A stretch of DNA of 64,000 bases from the human T2T-CHM13v2.0 reference genome, Homo sapiens, in the NCBI RefSeq assembly GCF_009914755.1, contig NC_060937.1; one strand, given 5' to 3'. Shown here in pieces: positions 54,877 to 64,000 of this stretch (position 1 is its first letter; each line of letters starts with the position of its first letter). The notes below the pieces were generated by a model. That model was not told the DNA's origin. It did not search any database and worked only from the letters and a program-made list of their open reading frames with translations. The position numbers were made by a program, and so were the translations under genes.

Positions 54877-55878
54877 CTTACCTTGGAGCATTTATCCAAA
54901 TAAAAACAGGAGACTAAATAGTATAGAAAATATTGTGATAAGTAAATTCTGTTTTGGAATTGTGAATAAAGTGATTCTGTTGTTCAGTACTCTTGCAAGA
55001 AAAATGTGCAAGAAATTTTGTTGAACCTGTACCTCAGGGACAACATATGGCTTCCTTTGCTATGATTGCTTCTGTCATAGAGCTTCAATGCAGTATTCAA
55101 ATATAGGAGTATCAAGGCCAATAAAGAAAACTTCTCAGGAATCAGAGGATAAAAATATTTCTGATACAGCCTGAAAGTTTTATACTTCAACAGGCATGTT
55201 TATAGATCATGTGAAATACTACCATTATAGACTTACAAAAATCTCAACAGAGCATATAAACTCTTTTAAGATAGTAGACTTATTTATCTCCACAATCAAT
55301 ATTGTGATACAATATATCTTGGTGCATACATATGCAAGTTACAAAGAGCACAATCTATAGTTTTTGTAGTTATCTGAGGAAATTGAGAGTTGTTTTAACC
55401 AAATAATTCTAAATTCACAGCAGGACAAGTATAACTAGTTCAAACAGTTCAAGGACTTTTTTTCTTAATCAGTTGAGTGCAAATATGTTGTTAGTGATTT
55501 CCTGTGATATGGAACCATTGTCAATATTTTAAGCTATCTGGCTTTATAGAAAAATATTATATTTTATAACTATGATATTCATGTCATATAAGAAAAATAA
55601 GGTAATAACAGTCATACGCTTTAAAATGATGCTTATTTTAACTAAAGATTTTTTTAGCTAAAAACATTGGTTGCTGAAAAGTTTGAGCCTGGAAGAAGTA
55701 ATTACCAATGTTACTAATGTTGGGCTGATGAGAAAATAAACTTCTCTGGATGAACCTTATGAAAACTGTAGTTGTAGTAATCTTAGCAGAATATTACAAT
55801 AATAGACAAAGTATGACAAACTGAACAGCTTAACTTGTGTAGCAAATTATACCTGCTTTGAATCAAAAAAATTATTTG

Positions 55879-56002
55879 TTTTTTTAAACACCTTTATTGA
55901 GGTGTAACTGATATACAAAAGCCTTCACATATTCAGTGTATACAACTTGATGAGTTTGAAAATATGCATACACCTGAGAAACCATCAGCACAATCGAAGT
56001 AA
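55879..56002 (-). mobile_element. L1MB-type extreme 3' end (~125 bp)
   Basis: T-run then CTTTATTGAGGTGTAACTGATATAC...GTATACAACTTGATGAGTTTG...CATACACCTGAGAAACCATCAGCACAATC, the antisense of an L1MB1/2-like 3' terminus with its AATAAA. Confidence 0.8.
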
Positions 56003-56622
56003 TCTCTGAGAGGTAGCAGCTCTCCCATGTATACTACAGCATTATTTATAATGGTCAAAATATAGAAACAACCTAAACGTCCACTGACAAAAAAGAAGAT
56101 AAAGAAGATGTGATATGTCACCGAACAATGGAATATTGTTCAGTATTTAAAAAGATGAAAATGTTATCTTTTGTGAAAACATGGAGGAAAGTAGAGAACA
56201 TTATGAAAAGTGAAATAAGCCAGTCAGAGAAAGACATATGTTGCATGATTCCGTCTATACAGGATATCTAAAATAGTCAAACTCATAGAAGCAGAGAGTA
56301 GAATGGTGGCTGCCAGGGAATGGGTGAATAGGGAAATGGAGACTTGTTGCTCAATTGATATAAAGTTTTGGTTACCCAAGATGAAAAAGTTTTAGAGATC
56401 TGCTGTACAACATTATATTTATAGTTAATAATATAACATTTAGCACTCCAAAGTTGAAGATGATAGATTTCATTTTATGTGCTTTCACCACGCCCACACA
56501 CACTCACTCAGACGTGTGAGCATGCAGCATGCAAACACAAAAGACAGTAATTCATCAAAATGTATACATTAAAATGTGCAGTTATTTTTTATATCAATTA
56601 TACCTCAATAAAGCCTTAAAAA
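56003..56622 (+). mobile_element. L1MB/L1MA10-type 3' fragment (ORF2 end plus 3' UTR), with an internal deletion near 56545
   Basis: CCCATGTATACTACAGCATTATTTATAATGG...AACAACCTAAACGTCC...AGTGAAATAAGCCAGTCAGAGAAAGAC...GCAGAGAGTAGAATGGTGGCTGCCAGGG...AGATCTGCTGTACAAC...ATCAATTATACCTCAATAAAGC. Confidence 0.85.
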
Positions 56623-57471
56623 GAACAAGATAACATTAGATACCAGAAATTGTAAGAAAGTTTTTTTTGCAATATTTCTTTAGCCTCATCCAATTCGCAG
56701 CAAATTTGAAGTGACAATTATTTCATGAAAAATAATCGTTTTTTTAAGATTTACTTTGATTAGTTATATTTATAGAAATTTAATACCTTTTTACAACTAT
56801 AGAACAATTTTTAGTCACTGAATGACTTGCCATTTTTATTATCTCCTAACTAAGAGATAAGTAACCAAAGTGTTAACCTTTAATGCAGCTAAAGTTTCCT
56901 TTTTTTAAAAAAAAAAAAAAATATATATATATATATTGTTTCCATAATAAAAGACACAACCAGGCAGTTATTCTTAGAAGAAGCCAGCTAGACATTTTAA
57001 GAATTAGTAATTAATTTTAAAAAATCCTTGTGAACTTTGTGCTATTTTAAAATTATGTATTTATAAGTTACAGTAAACCAATTAGCATTAGAGTTACCAT
57101 GAAATTTAAGAGGCTTTGTAATCAGCTTCATTGTTTTTTTTCTACTTAGTTTTATGTAGACCTGGGCTAGATATTCCTGGACTCTGCATATATAATGACA
57201 GACTTTAAAAGCAACTTAAAAGGCCGACTGTTGTCAAGTTAAAAAGTCCCCACAGGAGAGTGAGGGTACAGGGTAATAACGGTTTGACACTGTAGTTCCT
57301 ATGTTAACCACATAACAGACCGAAATGTTATCCGTGACAGCTAAAAGACAGATCAGGAAAGCACCAGAAAAGAGAGCAACTGATTCTCTTTTCCCAAGCA
57401 ATCACCGAAAAATAAGAAACAAAATAAGACTGAAAGCTCAGTGACAGATGACTGATGGTCAAAACCATATT

Positions 57472-57786
<315 letters not shown>

Positions 57787-58022
57787 TCAGAGCTACAGTT
57801 CCTCAAACCGTCCCGGTAAATGTAACAAATTTAAGGGGGTCTCCAAGAAGAATCAAATCTTAGTTAGTCACCACTGCAATTGTACCTGAGGACCAAAAGG
57901 CACAGGTAAGAATTGTTTTCTGTCTTAAGGCTGGCAACACCAGCACCACTAAGTGAGGCCGACAAGGCAATTTTGGTGGATCTCCTAAAATGTCTGATAA
58001 AATAAGACCAGGGCTAAGTACT

Positions 58023-58062
58023 ACTATGACTACGACTACGACTACGACTATGACTACGACTA
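58023..58062. repeat. (ACTAYG)n hexanucleotide microsatellite, ~6.7 copies
   Basis: ACTATG ACTACG ACTACG ACTACG ACTATG ACTACG ACTA. Confidence 0.93.
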
Positions 58063-60329
58063 ATCATACCACTACCTGTAATAATAATTACAAAGCTGCT
58101 GAGTCTATTAACTTGCCAGGCAAGGGAACACTCAACAGTTAAGAAATTTACAAAGTCTCTGCAGCGTATGATCAGGGTTCCCTAAGTGATTAAAAAAAGG
58201 GAATTCACAATAGTTATGCTAATTAAGAGCCGAAACTAGAACACCAAATTAAGTGAAATGAGTTTATACGTCTGCACTGCCCATTCACCAGGAAAGACTC
58301 CTTAGTTTGTAGTAATAAATAAATGTTCATTCAGGTCACTCAAATTCATGACATCTTATCAGCTTTAACTGGTTAGAGCGTTATCACGAAATGAAACAAC
58401 CAGTTTTGCTATATTCTAGGGAAGTGTTATTGTAGATATGTTTATGTGTGAACTAGATTGGTATGTAAACTGCATTTCTTTGTATGAGTTTCTGCCAAAA
58501 AAATTGAGTACCACTAGTTTAGATGTTGGGCAAAATTAATTATTTGTCATATATATTTTGACTCTTCTCTAGATCCTAAATGCTCAGAAAGTTAGTTATT
58601 TTAAAATCACAGTTTTTTAAAGATAAAATAAAAAACATGCTGATAGTATTTATGAGGAATTTTTGGCTAAAATTAGGTTAGAATATATGCTATGTTTCCT
58701 TTTCTTTGCTGATCTGTTTGTAGTAGAGAGACATAAATGAACGTCTCATAAATTTTTAAATGCACCAAATAAAGGAGAATGGATGAAAGCTATCAGTGCT
58801 GCACACTGTTAAAAGAAGCTTTACTAACCTTGGCGTAGAAAAGATGTCCAAGGTGTTTATCAGCAAATTGAATTACAAATGCAAAACCAAGGAAAAGTTT
58901 TACAATGCAAAGCTGAAATCAGGATTAGATTATTTTGAGGCATCTGGGTGCTTTTTCATGGGTATATACATAAGCTTGATTAGACAGGAGTAAAATGGAA
59001 ATCATGAATTCATAGGCAGGAGTACATACATTTAAAATAATGAAATTGATCTGCATGGACTGGCTTAGCTAGCAGATTGTCACAGCATGATCTCTCATTA
59101 GGATATTTCCTTGAAGCTTGAGATTGTTAGAGTAAACAAGGCATAAATATCCAGGTGATAGTGGCTAGACACAGGTATTCATCTTCAAATTTAACTGTTC
59201 TTTGAAGAATTATATGGTCCACAGAAATCCTGATAGATATACTGTGGATATCAAACACAATAAGTATTATTACAAAATTTAAATAAGCACAGTGTACTCC
59301 AGCTTACTTAAACTGAAAGTTTATGAGACTAATTGTCTTTCCTTACATACAGATATTTGAATAAGCCATGTCCAAAGTATATTTTACTTCTGAAATTTAT
59401 TTTTGCTTAAATTGGAGCTAATGTCTGATCTGGCTTTGCAGTTGAGATATTCATATAAATATCCAGTGTCATATTTGAACCCAGATTTCAAAATTCTTTA
59501 TGGTTTTGACTATTTCAGCTTCTTTATATGTTTTGGAAATACAATAGAATTCAAATACTCAGATTTTTTTCGTTGCAAAATTGCATTTCCTAATATTAGG
59601 ACTCAAATATATCATATGAAATCTGGAGAAAGTTTTTGCAACTCCCGTCAATTTTTCAAGAATTTGAGTTTGTTTTATGCATTAATATGTTTGAAAATGT
59701 TTACATTTTAATGAATTAAAATCTCATGTTAAATAATATAGTTTACCTCTATTGATGTAAATCCTTTATCTCTTCCTTTATATACATTTTAGAGTTTACA
59801 TGCTCTAAAAGTTACATGCTATTGTCTCTAGCAAACTCCAAGTGGGTTGTTCACTGTTCAAAGTCTTTTGAAATATATTTTTTCCTTCATAAGATATTTT
59901 ATTAAATAAAATATTTAGGTCAAACCCATATTTATGCCTTCATAAAGGTATATTTGCAGAATGCATGATGATGAAAGAGCTACTTTTCCTTTTTTAGGTT
60001 TTGAATAAAAGACTGTGCTTCAGGAAAGAAAATAAGGATGTATAAGTGAGCAAGATTAGCTATGGTAGCTATAATTGAGTGTCCTTCAGTAGTAGTCCAA
60101 CTTCCAGTCTAAATATTAGTGAGATAAGAGCCCAGGCAGTGTTTCTATTCAATTAATCATGGCTACCTTCCTTATACAATTCTTATTTCATCATTAATTT
60201 TTAAAATATTCTTTTACTCCTTAATTTTAAGAATACAAATTATAAGTCTTTTGTGAGTACAAATAACAACAGCATATATGCAAGCAATAATACTTAGTAA
60301 AATGGATAATATCAACCTGTCAGTAATTC

Positions 60330-60460
60330 AATAAATGCAGTATTACTTATACCACTGAAGGTCCTTTATGCTCATCATAGAGACAATACCCCTGCCGCCC
60401 TTTTAGAGTTAACCACTGAGCTAATTTGTGTGTTTCTACTGCTTTTCATTATAACGAAAA
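60330..60460 (-). mobile_element. Possible ancient L1ME 3' UTR fragment
   Basis: CAGTATTAC...ACCACTGAAGGTCCTTTATGCTC...AGAGTTAACCACTGAGCTAATTTGTGTGTTT resembles the antisense L1ME 3' UTR. Weak match. Confidence 0.4.
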
Positions 60461-60719
60461 TACACACCAATACACCCACACGTTATGTATGTTCTTAGAA
60501 TTTAATACATATTAATCTGTCAGCTGTAAATATTCTCAAAAAATGTTTGCTAGCTGTACCAGTAAATAATGCAAAAACATTTATCACAGTTTGATGTATT
60601 AGCTAATTTGAACTAATCATTATTTTCTGTCTCTCACTTATAATTTGTCATTATTTGCTATTGTATGTCCTACATTATAAACTCCAGGAAAGCACATATA
60701 TGTTTTGGCTATCTTGTTT

Positions 60720-61433
60720 TGTTGCAGGAATGAAGGAATGGAGAGACCACAGGGTGAGAAAGGAGATTTTTATTAAGTGCAGTCAGGCCCAGAAGATTAA
60801 CATCCAAAAACTGAGCCAAGAAAAAAGATAGGTTTTGGCTTTTATAAACACTTCAAAAAGGGGGTTGATTAGTTTGAAGCAAGCTTACAGTGGCATGAAG
60901 CGTAGTGGTGGAAAAGCAAGCATGCAGAACGAAGCAGAACAAAGTTAATCAAATTGTGACAGGTGCATAACTCAGGATTACATATGACATCTTGCTATGT
61001 AGCTCAGATGGCTGTTACCTAGGTTTTACTCAAGTGCCTTGCACGGGCTTATCTCATAACATTCGTTATGGTGCCGAGGTGGCTGTAGTTCAGGCCTGCT
61101 CAGGCTTCTCATGACCTTCACTGTGCTGCCTAGATAAAACAGAATACTTGAAGGTACTAGTTACAGAGAATAGAAATCCATAAACTCGTAGGTTTACTCA
61201 CATCATAAGAGAAGGGAAAATTTGTTTTTTTTTCTCCCTATGTTGAGGGAGTGCTGGTAGAGTCTCCAGAGCACATTCCTTTGAGCCATGGTTTCTTAGA
61301 TAACATTATTGGAACTTTTGCCTGGGTCTGGGTTTTGCCTGTCACTGCCTTTGGGATGATCAGTCTAATACAGAAAGCTTATTTATTTCTCTTTTTAATT
61401 TTATTTTTCTTTCTTTCCCTAATTTCCACCTCA
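60720..61433 (-). mobile_element. ERV1-class solo LTR, 714 bp, intact termini
   Basis: TG...CA termini (TGTTGCAGG / CCACCTCA) with a 4-bp TSD GTTT (60716-60719 and 61434-61437). On the - strand there is a TATAAAA near 60840-60846 and an AATAAA near 60769-60774, ~50 nt from the LTR 3' end. A 4-bp TSD is typical of ERV1. Subfamily not named. Confidence 0.88.
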
Positions 61434-61541
61434 GTTTAATGCTCAAATTCCCCAAATTAGCATATATCGTTGGGAAAGAAACAAAATGCTCACAACCCTT
61501 TTCTCTTTTTTCATTTACAGCAATATTTATGCAAAACATAA

Positions 61542-63015
<1,474 letters not shown>

Positions 63016-63774
63016 GATTTCACTGTTCCTAATCACTAGGACCATCTCGATCAATGTGAAGATATGAAAAACATCAGAAAGAGAAGAATGTTGTCAGGTG
63101 TTTCCAGAGCACCATAAAAGTCAAACACCACACCACATTCTGCCCCCACGTAGAATTAACACAAAATAATTTTGTAGAAAGGAGAGACACCTTAACTAAC
63201 AAGGTTAAATTTGAAATTGGTGAAAAAGAGAAAAGCACATACATATATGATCCAGAGACAGAACCCATGTTTTACAATGGAGAATAAAAGCAGTTACATT
63301 TATTGTATGCCTTAATTTCATGGTTTCACTGTATCATATTGGCTGTATATGGGACTAATATCTGATTACAAAAAAGTCTTATGCCATTTGCATAGAGATT
63401 TGAAAACACAAGGCTAAAACTAAAGGGTTATCATCCTAAATGCATGTTTGTAAATGTTTTCTAGAATTGTGACCCCTTGGTGATATTGCTGGGCAGAGAA
63501 GTTACTTTCAGAATTTATTGCTTTTTTTATGAAACATAGATTCTGATAACACTAGCTCTAAATGTCTAGTTACTCTAGACTGTTCTAAATTTTATGTCAA
63601 GATAGGTTGCAAAAGGAGACAAAGGAATAGAATACCATTTTAGGAGGGTATTGATGAGCCTAAATTTGAGGCTTAATAGAACATCTATAAACAGAGGCAC
63701 ATTTCTAGTTACTAAAAGGCCAAATTTTGAATTAGGTCTTTTTTTGAATGTGAACTTTTATCCCAAATGAGCAG

Positions 63775-64000
63775 TGTCAAGGCAAATATTTCACTAGACA
63801 AAGTTAAACAGCAGAGAATACTTTATCCAAGGGTATTGCAATTGTGGAGAGAGGCCAGCATTCAATCTGGGCTCTACTCTACACAAAGAACTGAAGCATT
63901 TTTAAGATGTAAGGTAAGAGGATCATAGGCCACATGTGTTTGCTAATTGGCTTTACTGAAAGGAAAAATGGACATTTTAATATTTTTATGACAGGAAGTA
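63775..64000 (-). mobile_element. ERV1-class LTR (MER31/MER67-group-like), runs off the window end
   Basis: TGTCAAGGCAAA...GACAAAGTTAAACAG...CTTTATCCAAGGGTATTGCAAT...GAGAGAGGCCAG...GGATCATAGGCCACATGTGTTTGCTAATTGGC follows a recalled antisense MER4-group LTR 3' end. Confidence 0.65.

Noticed and set aside
58355-58400. tRNA A-box-like AACTGGTTAGAGCGT
   Set aside because: There is no B box, acceptor stem or cloverleaf. At most it is an unrecognisable tRNA-derived SINE trace.
59403-59711. 102-aa ORF in non-repeat sequence
   Set aside because: It has a non-ATG start, an AT-rich F/K/I/L-biased composition expected by chance, and no recognisable domain or exon structure.
59787-59820. TTTTAGAG-N8-CTCTAAAA hairpin with repeated TTACATGCT
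   Set aside because: An 8-bp AT-rich stem is too short to distinguish from chance.

Overview
Primate (most likely human) pericentromeric-type boundary. Bases 1-~44,440 are one array of diverged classical satellite III (HSat3: CATTC pentamer with abundant CACTC, GATTC, GAGTC and CATTG variants), with the C-rich strand on + throughout. The array ends abruptly at ~44,440. It is followed by ~19.5 kb of AT-rich, CpG-poor, gene-free-looking sequence made of old interspersed repeats (L2, MIR, L1MB, ERV LTRs) and three Alus (AluY, AluSc, a pristine 5'-truncated AluYa5). No protein-coding gene, RNA gene or CRISPR is supported. Every long ORF in the track is the translation of the pentamer (HSIPF/MEWNG) or of Alu/L1 remnants. 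I found no evidence of a new gene system. The most unusual signals are structural: (1) a multi-template-switch repair scar inside an L1, later hit by an AluY; (2) a near-perfect 74-bp-arm hairpin with a nested hairpin in its loop; (3) a hidden, nested higher-order organisation of the satellite (recurring ~0.3-1.1 kb module, ~1.45 kb subunits, ~3.9-4.7 kb superunits); (4) a 64-bp Alu remnant embedded in the satellite; (5) a young AluYa5 that may be polymorphic. Repeat-family names come from recalled consensus sequences and were matched by eye, not by a search.
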